Below, one piece after another: positions 1 to 12,710 of a DNA stretch of 64,000 nucleotides. The stretch spans positions 210,802,001 to 210,866,000 of the forward strand of contig NC_086097.1 of assembly GCF_963921235.1 (NCBI RefSeq), read 5' to 3'. A program made the position numbers and the translations under genes. The first letter of the stretch is position 1. Each line of letters begins with the position of its first letter. Source of the stretch: Mobula hypostoma (lineage: Eukaryota). Below the pieces are notes generated by a model. The model was not told the origin of the DNA. It ran no database searches and worked only from the letters and a program-made list of their open reading frames with translations.

Positions 1-72
1 CATACATATTGTGGCGAACATTTAGTCCATGATGACAGACGAGAAAAGCTTGTTTATTCCAACTGATGTCTT

Positions 73-1628
73 CTTTTTATTTCAAAATATACTTTATTCA
101 AAAATAAATATATATGATAAACCATTCAATAACTTTCCATCCTTTACATACATTTCCATTAAAGTCAGTCCATATCCATATTTATGGCCCCCCGCGTGGC
201 ACTCCAGTTGTTCACTTTACCACATCATTGTTGAGGGGTATACTCCCCGCCACCCGACCCCTCCCACTCCCACGGGTGGAGAAACCTATACCGTGGTCCT
301 TCCCCACCGGGCCCTTGCGGTGGCTGCACCATGTTTCAGTGCGTCCCTCAGCACGTACTCCTGCAGCCGAGAATGTGCCAGTCGGCAGCATTCTCCCACG
401 GACATCTCCATGTGCTGGTAGATCATCAAGTTTTGGGCCGACCAAAGAGCGTATTTCATCGAGTTGATGATCTGCCAGCAGCACTGGATGTTGGTCTCCG
501 TGTGCGTCCCTGGGAACAGCCCATAGATCAGAGAGTCCTCTGTTATGCAGCTGCTGGGCATGAAACATGACACTAGCCCGTCCATCCTGCTCCACACCCT
601 CTTTGCAAACTGACAGTGTGCAAAGACGTAGGTCACAGACTCCTCCTCACTGCAGTCCTCCCGTGGTTGGGCAGTGGGGTGCGGAGACGACGTTCCGGGC
701 ATACAGGAGGGCTCTGACTGGGAGGGCCCCTCTCACCATCAGCCAAGCGAGGTCTTGGTGCCTGTTGGTGAGATCTGGCGATGAGGCAATTTGCCAGATG
801 AACTGGACGGTCTGCTCAGGGAACCACCCCACTGTGTCCATCACGTCCTTCTCCTGCAGTGCCTGCAGGACACTACGTGCCGACCACTGCCTGATGGCCC
901 TGTGGTCAAAGGCGTTCTCCTGAAAGAACTTTGCTACGTAGGACAAGTATGCCGGCAATGACCAGCTGACTGGGGTGTTGCGCGGGAGTGGGCCAGACCC
1001 ATCCTTCGTAGCCAGGGCGACAGGTAGAACCTGGGCACATAGTGGTACTTGGTGCCCACATACCTAGGTTCTACACACAACCTGATGCAGCCACATACGA
1101 AGCTGGCCATCAGGGTGAGGGCGACATTGGGGACGTTCTTACCCCCATTGTCAAGGGACTTGTGCATGATGGTCTGTCTCACCCACTCCATCTTGGATCC
1201 CCAGACAAATCTGAAGACAGCTCGGGTGATTTCCGAGCTGTAGGAGCGGGGGACGGGCCAGACCTGCGCCAAGTACAGCGGCCCTGAGAGCACCTCACAC
1301 CTGATGACCAGGTTCTTGCCCGTTATCGACAGGGAGCGCCCTCCCCACAGTCCCAGTTTCTGTTTTACCTTGGCAGTCCGCTCCTGCCAGTTCTTGTTGC
1401 ACATCTCAGCCCCTCCGAACCAGATCCCCAACACCTTCACGTGGTCAGACCTGATGGTTAAAGGGACGCTGGATTAGTCGGGCCAGTTGCCAAAGAGCAT
1501 GGCTTCACTCTTCGTGCGGTTGACCCTGGCCCCCGACGCCAGCTCAAACTGTTCGCAGATGCCAACCAACCTGCGAACTGACCTCGGATCAGAGCAGAAG
1601 ACGGTGACGTCGTCCATGTACAGGGAGG
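73..1628 (-). mobile_element. 5'-truncated Tx1-like non-LTR retrotransposon inserted in the 3' LTR
   Basis: SLYMDDVTVF, FELASGARVNRTKS, KVLGIWF, LSITGKNLVIR, GGKNVPN, terminal Cys/His remnant; A-rich 3' end with AATAAA; perfect 16-bp TSD TTCCAACTGATGTCTT (57-72, 1629-1644). Confidence 0.92.
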
Positions 1629-2109
1629 TTCCAACTGATGTCTTTATTGTGACAAGCACAGAAGGCAGCCCAGGCACTATGACCTAGGGAGAGCATTCAC
1701 TCAGTCACAGACAGACAGGGGAGGTGATTGTCACACACCCTTGTTAAAGTCAGGGTGATCCACAAACACACAGACAAATAACTGCATAACGCAAGCTAAA
1801 ATATAACAATAAATGAACTTGAATATCCCACCATAATCCCACAAAAGCATTTTAACACGAGAGCAACAAATAGCACTGGCCCCTAGGAATGCTGGGGCAG
1901 GCTGTCAACCAGCCCCCCTCCCCCGGAGGTGTCGGCCATGCCCAGCAACTCCAGAGTACACAACAAAGTCCAAAGGTCCTGGTGATGGCCGATGCTGCCA
2001 CCTGGGGTACCGTGGGATTTCTATAGCTCTCCTCCATCCATGGGAGGCAAGAGGCAGGGCACCTGGAGTGTCATTTCCTTCCTTCAGCCTCGCTGGGTTG
2101 GTGGTGGCC

Positions 2110-2480
2110 TAGGGTTGAAACGGTTCCAGCCAATCCTGGTGCAGCGTACTGCCTTCCTCCCCTCAAGCTACCGCACCCATTATACCACATTGGAAATGCA
2201 GTTGAGCACCTTCCAAGCCTGGGGGATATTCCCTTCATCTGGGTAGGGCAGTAGACCTATACTGGGGCCCCCACCAGGTACTGCAGTATTGGCTCCCTAG
2301 ACTGTTGGCCCAGCCCTTTCTGGGATGTGCACGCACACCTCCATGTCCTGCCTGTGCCCAGGCCATCAGAAGTGTTCACGTAGCTTGCCCAACATCTTTG
2401 TGACCCTGAAATGGCTGACTTCAATCGGCGCAGAGCCCCCAGGGGACCACCAGCTGCAGGAGATGTCTGTTGTTGGAAAA
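2110..2480 (-). pseudogene. Integrase remnant: N-terminal zinc-binding region joined to a C-terminal GPY/F-like region, core missing
   Basis: SHFRVTKMLGKLREHF*WPG..DMEVCV resembles the H2C2 domain, followed within ~100 bp by VYCP..KGISPRL; no DDE core visible. Confidence 0.6.
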
Positions 2481-2859
2481 TAGACACTGGTGGAATAGCA
2501 ACACGTTATGCGTCTCCAGTGTGTCAAACTGAGAGTATCGGGCTTTGGTCTCTGGAGACTTTTGCCGACTCTGGCTGCTATCCCACACTCAGCCATCCCC
2601 TCTCCCGGGCAAACACGGGATCGCTCACCTGCTTGCCGCACAGCTGATGGTCGATGGTCTACCTGGCTGCTGGCTTCCACCCAAAGTGCCGCCACCACCA
2701 CGGGCCCCCGGTTCCGCTGTGTTGCGCTGGGCCACTGCAGGGCGTGCTGCACTGCGGTGGGCTGCCGCAAGACCGGTGGTGGTTGTAACTGCTCCCGCTG
2801 GGTCCGATTCCTGGAGCTGCCCTGCCGGAGAGCCACGGCTTCGGCACTGAGGTAGAGTG

Positions 2860-3159
2860 TTGCCCCCGGCACATCCACATGACCCCACTGTGGGACAGCA
2901 AGTCCAGCCCAATGATGCGGGGCTCCTGGATGTCGCCGAGCCACACCTCGTGCTCCACTGTGCTTTACCCCACTGCGATCCGCAGCCACCTCTTCCCTCT
3001 CATCACCGCAAAGTTGCCAGTGACCGTAGCCAGCAGGACCGCTTTCATTGTCCACCCAGGCGGGAATGGCCGGTCCGTGTTGAGGAGGAAACCCGGGCAG
3101 ATGATGATGATGGTTGACCCCGCGTCCACCAACACGCGCCATCCGACATCCTCCAGCAC
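2860..3159 (-). pseudogene. Retropepsin-like aspartic protease remnant
   Basis: VLVDAGSTIII (degenerate LVDTGS) followed after a stop by EVWLGDIQEPRIIGLDLL (IIGxD motif). Confidence 0.8.
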
Positions 3160-3321
3160 TCAGTCCATGTATGAGCCTTGCTCTTCCCCCAGACGCCCAC
3201 CTGGAGAGGCAGCAGTGGAGGGATTCTGCTGCAGGTATTGGGCTGTGCCACCCACCCGGCATTTCCCAATGGCTGCACTGGGCTGTGGTGTGGCACTGCC
3301 CTATCCGCCTCTGCCATCACC

Positions 3322-3534
3322 TCAGCCAGTGATGGTGGTGATGTCAGGTGAACATGCTGCTGGGGGCACTCCGGTGTCAGTGCCTTTACAAAGGGAAAGC
3401 TCTTCCTTGGCTGCAGGAGGGAACTGGGTGCAGCCAAGCCGAGCACAGTGGCGGAGATCTGCTATAAATGTCCCTAAGTTTTCTCCCATGTGCTGCCGCC
3501 AGCTGCCCAGTTCTTCCCTCGTTGCTCTCTCCAA
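3322..3534 (-). pseudogene. gag (capsid-like) remnant
   Basis: WRQHMGENLGTFIADLRHCARLG resembles the RxQxxGExxxxFxxxLxxLA pattern of Gypsy Gag; lies between PBS and protease. Confidence 0.6.
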
Positions 3535-4127
3535 TGTCCTCTGCCTGAAATGCTACTCTAGTGCCACCACGAGGGCCTTGTAGTCACGCTGTACCGCTGG
3601 TGTTCAGTCGAGAAGGGCCCGCAGGGCATCCCCCTCCTGTGCCAGGACAAGGTGCACCGCCATCTCAGTAGGGCTTCACCCGTTGTGCCATGTGGCAAGT
3701 TTGACTTGTGCCAGGTAAGGCTCCAGGTGACTGGCACCATTGTATCTAGGCACCTTCATGGTGGACCTTGTAACGTTAATTGCTGAGGCACGTTGATCTT
3801 CCTCTTGCTCTGGCAGCATTGGTGGTGCCTGCCATGTTGCCCGACCTCCCATGGCTGCAGTATCTTGGGTTCCCAGATGTGGGCCACGAGGGAGGTGGGC
3901 GATGCGTTCTGCTGTGTCCCTCGGGTTGGGGAGCCTGGGTACATCCGGATTACCTGGGAAGGCATAATGCTTGGTTCCCAGTTCCTCCCTCTAGGTCAGC
4001 ATCCCATCTTCGGGAGCCCAGCCTGGGGATGTGTGTCAGGCATTCCGTTTGGTACCTCGACTTATTCCCAGGGTCTTAAGGCACTCCATCCGACATCTTA
4101 GCTCTTCAATTTCACTATCAATTTCTA

Positions 4128-4145
4128 ATCCCACTCCTGATACCA
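4128..4145 (-). promoter_or_regulatory. Primer binding site, tRNA-Leu-like
   Basis: Minus strand TGGTATCAGGAGTGGGAT, 1 nt from the LTR end; one mismatch to TGGTGTCAGGAGTGGGAT, the complement of the tRNA-Leu(CAG) 3' end. Confidence 0.8.
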
Positions 4146-4146
4146 A

Positions 4147-4427
4147 TGTGGCAAGCATTCGGTCCATGATGACAGACGAGAAAAGCTTATTTATCTCAAC
4201 TGATGGCTTTATTACAACGAGCAGAAATCAGACTGGGCACTATGACCCAGGGACTGAACCCATTAGTCACAGACAGACAGGAGAGGTAATTATCACACAC
4301 ATGGTGGTCCACAAATACACATGTGAATAATTGTATAATCCAAACTAAAATGTAAAAATAAATGAACTTCCCACCATAATCTCACAAAAGCATTTTAAAA
4401 CAAGAATAATAGGTAGCGCTGTCCACA
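4147..4427 (-). repeat. 5' LTR of the Gypsy-like element
   Basis: TGTGG...CCACA termini; aligns with 10-72 (gtccatgatgacagacgagaaaagctt) and with 1629-1882. Confidence 0.85.
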
Positions 4428-4439
4428 ACAACAGAGAGT

Positions 4440-5295
4440 GCAGAATAAACTGTTACAGTACTGAGAAAGTGCGGTGTAGGTAGTCAGTAGGTGCAAGATC
4501 GCAGCGAGGTAGATTTTGAGTCTAGAAGCCCATCTCATTGTGTTGGGGAACTCTTCGGTTGTCTTATAATAGCAGAAGAGAAGCTGTGCTTGAAGCTGTT
4601 AGAGCATGCTTCAGGCATTTGTATCATCTAACCAATGGGAATGGTTAGGATTAGGATCATCAAAGAAATTGTTGCAGGGTGGGTGGGATCTTTGATTATG
4701 TTGGCTACTTTATGGAGGCAGGAAGCACTATACAACGTTTGTAGATGGAGTCCATGGAGGGGTGTCTGGTTCCCATGACGTGCTGAGATACATCCACAAC
4801 TCTGCAATTACTTGTGGTCACAGACAGAGCAGTTTTCCTACCAAGCTGTTATGTGTCTGAATAGGATGTTCTCTTTGGTGCATCTATAAAAACTGATGAG
4901 CGTCAAAGGGGACCTGCCAAGTTTCTTTATCCTCTTGAGGAAGGGAAAGCACAGGTGCCCGTTCTTGGCCATGGATGTTCCTCGGAAAATAAAACTCTCA
5001 GACTTCTTGACCGAAGTACCATTGATGTACACAGGAACATGTGCACCTCCAACTTTCTGAAGTCATTTGTTGTACTGATATTGAGGGAAAGATTGCTGTC
5101 AGAACACCATGTTACTAAGCTCTCTACCTCCTTCCTGTACGTTGACTTATCATTATTTGAGTCATGGCCTACTACTGTGGTATCATCTGCAAACTTGCAG
5201 ATGGGGTTAGGGCTGTGCATGGCCATGCAGCATGAGTTAGTGGGGTGGAGTAGAGGGCTGAGGATGCAATCTTGTGAGACACCAGTGTTAAGAAT
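4440..5295 (-). mobile_element. Rex1/Babar-like LINE fragment
   Basis: KFADDTTVVG..ND.STYRKEVESLVTWC..NLSLN and FYRCT.E.IL motifs; frameshifted. Confidence 0.8.
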
Positions 5296-5789
5296 TCTGC
5301 TAGAAATCTGCAGCAGTTAATTAAATTTAATGCCTTTGTTTGTTGTCCCAAGGTAATAATAAAATCAAATAGTTGTACAGTAGCTGTAATATCATTAATA
5401 TTATGAGTTCAGTATTCCTTCCAATATGTAATTTTTTCACACTTGTTTCAAAAAATTAACAATTCTTGTCACAAATTCATTTATAGGTCAAAGCACAAAA
5501 GCAAAAGCAGAATAAAAACATTAGATTCCTCTTCCGTGAAATTGATTCACTTACACACAATTAGGCCTGCACTGCAGGGACAAGAACTGCAGCTGTTCAG
5601 TTTAAGGGGACCAACTATTACTTGCAGATTATAGGGATTTATCCAAATCTGATCTCACTGTGTTTGCTAAATGGGAACAGTGGTATAGCAGAAATTTGGT
5701 AAATGAACTTGGATGAATTATTCCAACTCAACACCGGTCCTCAGCCATGTTGCCCTATTTATTTCCCTCTAACTGTTTCTCTCTAACAT

Positions 5790-5965
5790 GCCCGTTATCT
5801 CCACCATTATTTCATCGATGAACCAATTATCTAGACCAAGCAGTATGTCATTGGGATGTGGGAGGAAACTGTAGTATCAGGGAGAGACACAAACGGTTAA
5901 GGGAAGAACATGAAAGATTCATGCAGACAGCAACAGATGTTCGAAATGAATCAAGGTCATCAAAG
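5790..5965 (-). mobile_element. Old SINE fragment (elasmobranch HE1/V-SINE-like core); second fragment at ~6725-6810
   Basis: tgtgggaggaaac...gggaagaacatg...cagacagca pattern recalled as the reverse strand of this SINE core; heavily diverged. Confidence 0.5.
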
Positions 5966-7506
5966 ATAGTCAAGGCTTCTCTTACTGACAGGGCAAAGAA
6001 GGAGAAGCAGGTCCCTAGTCAGGAAAGCCTACCTCCCTTTCAAGAGTCTTCTAGGAACTATAGTCCTATTTCTAAATGTCTGAAGAACACTATACCTGGT
6101 AGTAAAGACTACCTTAGCTCTTGGAGAATAAATTTCATCACCTTTATCTCTGTTCCTCAATCTAGTATGGGTGCATGGTAGTACTGGAAACACAGGCCAC
6201 AGACTCTTGGCCACTTCCCCACAACAAGGCAACAGCCGGGCAAATGTCATGATGCCTTCAAAACCCTGGTGAACAATGGAATCCAGTCACAAGGCAGCAG
6301 AGGTCAAATCTTCCAGTCCAGTGTGCATAACTTAGATGGCTTCTTCCTTGCTGCAGTGGGAAGTGTCACATTTGACATCAGAGGCTTCAACGTGGTTGAG
6401 TTCACAAGAGTCAACAAGAGGTTAACAGTTATTTCCAGAAGGATAGACTGCAGGCTTCATACAAGGCCATGTATAGCACTGAAACATAACTCTTTCTGGT
6501 TATTTGACACCTCTCAAAGAATATCAGGAGAATGGACAAAGCTCCAATAATCCACATGAGCATGCTGATCAGCCTTCGTCTCCAGGCCCTCCCATCCTAG
6601 ACCTTACCTGAGAGAACTCTGCAGTAGACCTTGAGTGGTACAATGCTGGCCATGATGCACCAATTTTTCATTAATCGATCCTATCTCATTTTATTCCCAT
6701 CACATTCCATCAACACCCTCCAGGTTCTACAGCTCATCTAACCACAAGGAGCAATTTATGTGTCAAATTAACCTACTAACCAGCACATCTTTGGGTGTGG
6801 AAGGAAAATATTATTACACTAATGAAGATTTGTTTTGTGATTTCTGCCTGCCACTTATTTATGAACCGAATACACAAACTTACAGACACCCTGCATGAGG
6901 GGAGTGCATGACAATCTCAAGATAACATGACAATCTCCTTCAGTCAAACTGGCATGGATCCCCCGTGAAATGCTATTTTACTACAAGGTTTTTACAAGTG
7001 AATGGATTGTTAGGCCTTGCGTTATCAGTGGGATCTTTTCACACAAAGTCTTATCACTTTTTATTAAATTTTGCTTTCCACTATTTCAAGATAGATATTG
7101 ACTGGAGCGAATTATTATCTCCATCAATATAGTAGAACTTGACATAAATTCTTTATGCATCTGTATGATAATATCATCAACAGTAATTTCTGTACAATTG
7201 TGCCAGCACAGCTGATTCCAATGCATTCATTACTTTTGAATCCATGCAAAATTGTTTAATCATTTCCGAGAAGGGGTGCCAGCTAATGAATATGTTGGAA
7301 TGGAGAAAAAAATGCACTCTAATTGAAGAGGATACGAAATCCAGGTTACATTGTGATGCCACACTTATTTTGAGCAGCAAATGGATTTGTTGCAATTATT
7401 CCCTGGGGAGTAAATTAGAACCAATCAATTCCCACATGCAGCCCCATATACCGAATGCATGTTGTCAAGTTAATCCCTTTACTAATCCATAGTGAAGGAA
7501 ATACAA

Positions 7507-8017
7507 AGAGGGAGTACAAAGAAGGTTCACCAGATTGATTCCTGGGATGGCAGGACTTTCATATGAAGAAAGACTGGATGAACTAGGCTTGTACTCGTTG
7601 GAATTTAGAAGATTGAGGGGGGATCTGATTGAAACGTATAAAATCCTAAAGGGATTGGACAGGCTAGATGCAGGAAGATTGCTCCCGATGTTGGGGAAGT
7701 CCAGAACGAGGGGTCACAGTTTGAGGATAAAGGGGAAGCCTTTTAGGACCGAGATTAGAAAAAACTTCTTCACACAGAGAGTGGTGAATCTGTGGAATTC
7801 TCTGCCACAGGAAACAGTTGAGGCCAGTTCATTGGCTATATTTAAGAGGGAGTTAGATATGGCCCTTGTGGTTACGGGGATCAGGGGGTATGGAGGGAGG
7901 GCTGGTGCAGGGTTCTGAGTTGGATGATCAGCCATGATCATAATAAATGGCGGTGCAGGCTCGAAGGGCCGAATGGCCTACTCCTGCACCTATTTTCTAT
8001 GTCTCTATGTTTCTATG
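7507..8017 (+). mobile_element. CR1 LINE 3' fragment
   Basis: IPGMAGLSYEERL..RRLRGDLIETYKI..TRGHSL..FFTQRVVNLWNSLP; (TTTCTATG)n tail; near-identical to 19310-19820. Confidence 0.95.
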
Positions 8018-8429
8018 AAATCTATACTTTTGTCCAGTGAAGAAGATAGTTACATATCCATGAAATACTATATGTTTGTCCAAATGTAAATCCTTTAGAA
8101 AATAGATTGGCAAAGCCTGTTCACTTTTATAAGCACTTTCATAAACTGCATTAGTGACATCTCAAAGTGATTCTCTCATTTGTAAAATGCCGACATCTAA
8201 AGGGGGAAAAATGGAGAAAAAATACTCTACTTGTTTTGATGGTTTATTTACTCTACTTCAATACAGTATATTGATGGATTATTAATACCAGGAACATGCT
8301 CATTAAAAGAAAATATTATATTTTAATGTAAGAAACAAGAAAACAATGGAACATGCTTCTGGATATATTGAAACATCTTACAGCAAATTAAATGTTTCAG
8401 AAATGCTTTCAAAATGTATTGTTGAGCTT

Positions 8430-11400
8430 GTTGCCATATCACAAGCACGTGCATGCACAGGTGGAATGAAAATCTTGTAGCAGAGCCGCAGGCACATCAT
8501 CACATAGCATCATGCACAAGCAAAACAATAAACTTGAAAATAAATTATACACAACTTTTACAAAATAACACAATTAGAACAAATCTCTTCAAACCTCCAA
8601 TGATGTATAGATGCTATCATGTATTTGTTGTGATAGCATCCATATAGTAGGATCAGGATAGATTCTCTGAGATTTTGATGTCCAGGGACATGAAACTGCT
8701 CACCCTGTCCACTGTTGACTCCACAAAGAGGAGTGGGGTTTGTTCTCTTCACTTCTGATCTTACAGACTTTGAATGCAAAGTTGTTTTTGTGACACCCCT
8801 CAACCAGCTAAACTACTTCACCTATTTCTCCTTATCTGAGGCTGTGCCTAACCGCATAGTTATGAGTGTAGAGAAAGTAGACACATATCCTTGAGACCCT
8901 TAACATAGGATTGGAAGGTGCAGAATCTTTATGGGTTGAGCTAAGAAATCGCACTGGTAAAAAGACCCTGATGGCAGTTCTATAGAGGCCTCCAAACAGC
9001 TGCAGTGATGTGGACTACAAATTACAACAGGAAATAGAAAAGGCTTGTCAGAAGGGCAGTGTTAAGATAATTGTGGGGGATTTTAACATGCGAGTGGATT
9101 GGGAAAATCAGGTTGGCACTGGATCTCAAGAGAGAGAATTTGTAGAATGTCTGCGAGATGGCTTTTTAGAACAGCTTGTTGTTAAGCCCACTAGGGGATC
9201 GGCTGTACTGGATTGGGTATAGTGTAATGAATCGGAGGTGATTAGAGAGACTGAGATGAAGGAACCCTTATGAGGCAGTGATCATAACATGATTGAGTTC
9301 ACGGTGAAATTTGAAAAAGTGAAGCCGAAATCCGGTGTGTTGGTATTTCAGTGGAGTAAAGGAAATTACAGTGGTATGAGAGAGGAACTGGCCAAACTTG
9401 ACTGGAAAGGGACACTAGCAGGAAGGATGGCAGAGCAGCAGTGGCTGGAGTTTATGCAAGAAGTGAGGAAGGTGCAAGACAAGTATATTCCAAAAAAGAA
9501 GAAATTTTCGAATGGAAAAAGGATGCAACCGTGGCTGACAAGAGAAGTCAAAACCAAAGTTAAAGCAAAGGAGAGGACATACAAGGAAGCAAAAATTAGT
9601 GGGAAGACAGAGGATTGGGAAGTTTTTAAAAGCTTGCAAAAGGAAACTAAGATGGTCATTAAGGGGAAAAAAATGAACTATGAAAGGAAGCTAGCAAATA
9701 ATATCAAAGAGGATACTATAAGCTTTTTCAAGTATATAAATAGTAAAAGACAGGTGAGAGTAGATATAGGACCGATAGAAAATGATGCTGGAAAAATTGT
9801 AATGGGAGATAAGGAGATGGTGGAGGAACTGAACAAGTATTTTGCATCAGTCTTCACTGAGGAAGACATCAGCAGTATACCGGACACTCAAGGGTGGCAG
9901 GGAAGAGAAGTGTGCGCAGTCACAATTACGACAGAGAAAGTGCTCAGGAAGCTGAATAGTCTAAAGGTAGATAAATCTCCCAGACCAGATGGAATGCACC
10001 CTCGTGTTCTGAAGAAAGTAACTGTGGAGATTGCGGAGGCATTAGCGATGATCTTTCAAAAGTTGATGGATTCTGGCATTGTTCCGGAGGACTGGAATGT
10101 CACTCCGCTATTTAAGAAGGGGGCAAGGAAGCAAAAAGGAAATTATAGACCTGTTAGCTTGACATCAGTGGTTGGGAAGTTGTTGGAGTCGATTGTCAAG
10201 GATGAGGTTACGGAGTACCTGGAGGCATATGACAAGATAAGCAGAACTCAGCATGGATTCCTTAAAGGAAAATCCTGCCTGACAAACTTATTACAATTTT
10301 TTGAGGAAATTACAAGTAGACTAGACAAGGGAGATGTAGTGGATGTTGTATATTTGGATTTTCAGAAGGCCTTTGACGAGGTGTCACACATGAGGCTACT
10401 TAACAAGATAAGAGCCCATAGAATTATGGGAGATTTACGCACGTGGATAGGGCATTGGCTTATTGGCAGGAAACAGGGAGTGGGAATTAAGGGATCCTAT
10501 TCTGGTTGGCTGCCGGTTACCAGTGGTGTTCCACAGGGGTCCTTGTTGGGGCCGCTTCTTTTTACGTTGTACATCAACTATTTGGAATATGGAATAGATG
10601 GCTTTGTAGCTAAGTTTGCTGATGATACAAAGATAGGTGGAGGGGCCGGTAGTGCTGAGGAAACAGAGAGTCAGCAGAGAGACTTGGATAGGTTGGAAGA
10701 ATGGGCAAAGAAGTGGCAAATGAAATACAATTTTGGAAAGTGTATGGTTATGCACTTTGGCAGAAGAAATAAACGGGCAGACTATTATTTAAATGGGGAG
10801 AGAATTCAAAGTTCTGAGATGCAACAGGACTTGGGAGTCCTCGTACAGGATACCCTTAAGGTTAACCTCCAGGTTGAGTCGGTGGTGAAGAAGGCGAATG
10901 CAATGTTCGCATTCACTTCTAGAGGAATAGAGTATAGGAGCAGGGATATGATGTTGATGCTCTATAAGGCGCTGGTGAGACCTCACTTGAAGTATTGTGG
11001 GCAGTTTTGGTCTCCTTATTTAAGAAAGGATGTGCTGACGCTGGAGAAGGTACAGAGAAGATTCACTAGAATAATTCCGGGAATGAGAGGGTTAACATAT
11101 GAGGACCGTTTGTCCGCTCTTGGACTGTACAGTATTCCTCGGAGTTTAGAAGAATGAGGGGAGACCTCATAGAAACATTTCGAATGTTGAAAGGCATGGA
11201 CAGAGTGGATGTGGCAAAGTTGTTTCCCATGATGGGGGAGTCTAGTACAAGAGGGCATGACTTAAGGATTGAAGGGCGCCCATTCAGAACAGAGATGCGA
11301 AGAAATTTTTTAGCCAGAGGGTGGTGAATCTATGGAATTTGTTGCCATGGGCGGCAGTGGAGGCCAAGTCATTGGGTGTATTTAAGACAGAGATTGATAG

Positions 11401-12050
11401 GTATCTGAGTAGCCAGGGCATCAAAGGTCATGGTGAGAAGGCGGGGGAGTGGGACTAAATGGGAGAATGGATCAGCTCATGATAAAACAGCGGAGCAGAC
11501 TCGATGGGCCGAATGGCCGACTTCTGCTCCTTTGTCTTATGGTCTTACGTGCCTGTGTCTATTGTCAGAATGGAGAAGATGCAACTACTAATCCATACCG
11601 ACTATAGTCTCCGGATGAGAAAGTGAAGAATCCAGTTGCAGACGGAGGTACATGGGCCCAGGTTTTGAAGCCTGTTGATTAGCACTTAGGGAATAATAGT
11701 GTTGAACGTGGCGATGTAATCAATAAACAGCAGCCTCACATAGATATTGGTGTTGTCCAGATGGTCCAAAACCCAGTGAGATCGTGTCCACTATAAACCT
11801 ATTGTAGTAGTAGGAAAATTGCAGTGGGTCCAGGTCCTTACTCAGGGAGGAGTTAATCCTTGCCTTGACCAGCCTATCAAAGTAATTCCTCAGAGTAGAC
11901 CTGAGTGCTACTGGGTGATAATCATTGAGGCAGCTCACCCTGCTCTTCTTGGGCACTGGGTTGATTGATGCCTTTTGTATCAGGTGGAAACATCCAAATG
12001 CAAATGAGAGAGATTAAAAATATCTTTGAACACTCCAACCGGTTGGTCAG
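8430..12050 (-). mobile_element. Rex1/Babar-like LINE split by a CR1 (parts ~8430-8900 and 11548-12050)
   Basis: PKKSRVSCLNDYHPVAL and LDPLQF motifs at 11720-11956; sequence is continuous across the CR1 insertion. Confidence 0.7.
8905..11547 (+). mobile_element. 5'-truncated CR1 LINE (APE endonuclease C-part + RT; 622-aa open stretch 9289-11157)
   Basis: GDFN, SDHN, NYRPVSLTS, YLDFQKAFD, GVPQGS, KFADDTK; stops near 9220/9270, frameshift near 11135; TCTTATGG tail. Confidence 0.95.
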
Positions 12051-12710
12051 CATTCAACGGAATGGTTGATGGGAAGCGCTGTTCTTGAAACTGTGGGTGT
12101 GGGACTTCAGGCTTCTATACCTCCTGCCCAACATAATTTTAAATATTGGTGTGCTACTTGGTCTGAAGAAAGGATGCGGGTTTCTAATGTAAATGTCAGT
12201 TCCCACTTGACTCCCACACAAATGAGTGGTTCATGTTGCAAGTCATGTCTTCCACGCATAAACTGAATTGTGTGATGCAAGACAAGCAAAATACTGGATA
12301 TACTGGAAATTTGATATAAAAACAAGAAATGCTAGAATACCTCAGGTAGTGTTGGTATAATGACAAACAGAATTTAAGATCACAAGTATAATTTCAATGA
12401 GTAATCTGGATATACAGTAATTTCAGTTTATCTATTATAATGCATGCATTTTATTATTGTTTGATATCTGAGTTTTATGATAAATGGATAAGGGGGGAAT
12501 ACAAGCATGCAAAATACAAAGTCAACTAGATCATTTCAAATGAAGATCTAAAGATTGAGTTAGAAAGACTTCAAATTCAGGATGATTTCAAACTTTACTG
12601 CAGTGACACCCACTCTGTGAATACCCTATCCTTCATTCATCTTCAAGTAAGGTTCCAGAAGCATAGTTTACCCTGAACTATTCTGTGCTGCTGGCCACGT
12701 ACGATCATCA

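Larger units (their letters stand above)
10..4427 (-). mobile_element. Degenerate, internally deleted Gypsy/Ty3-type LTR retrotransposon (LTR-PBS-gag-protease-partial integrase-LTR)
   Basis: Diverged direct repeats at 10-72+1629-~1882 and 4147-4427 (both start TGTGGC; right one ends CCACA); PBS abuts the right LTR; minus-strand gag-like, retropepsin and integrase fragments in between. No clear TSD. Confidence 0.85.

Noticed and set aside
2366..3583. Long GC-rich ORFs (298 aa minus, 234 aa plus) as novel genes
   Set aside because: They cross frames of the decayed Gypsy pol or lie antisense to it; high GC makes stops rare.
6608..6653. Minus-strand MASIVPLK... ending at a GTAAGG donor, resembling the ATP synthase subunit f N-terminus
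   Set aside because: Similarity stops after eight residues and no further exon was found; likely chance.
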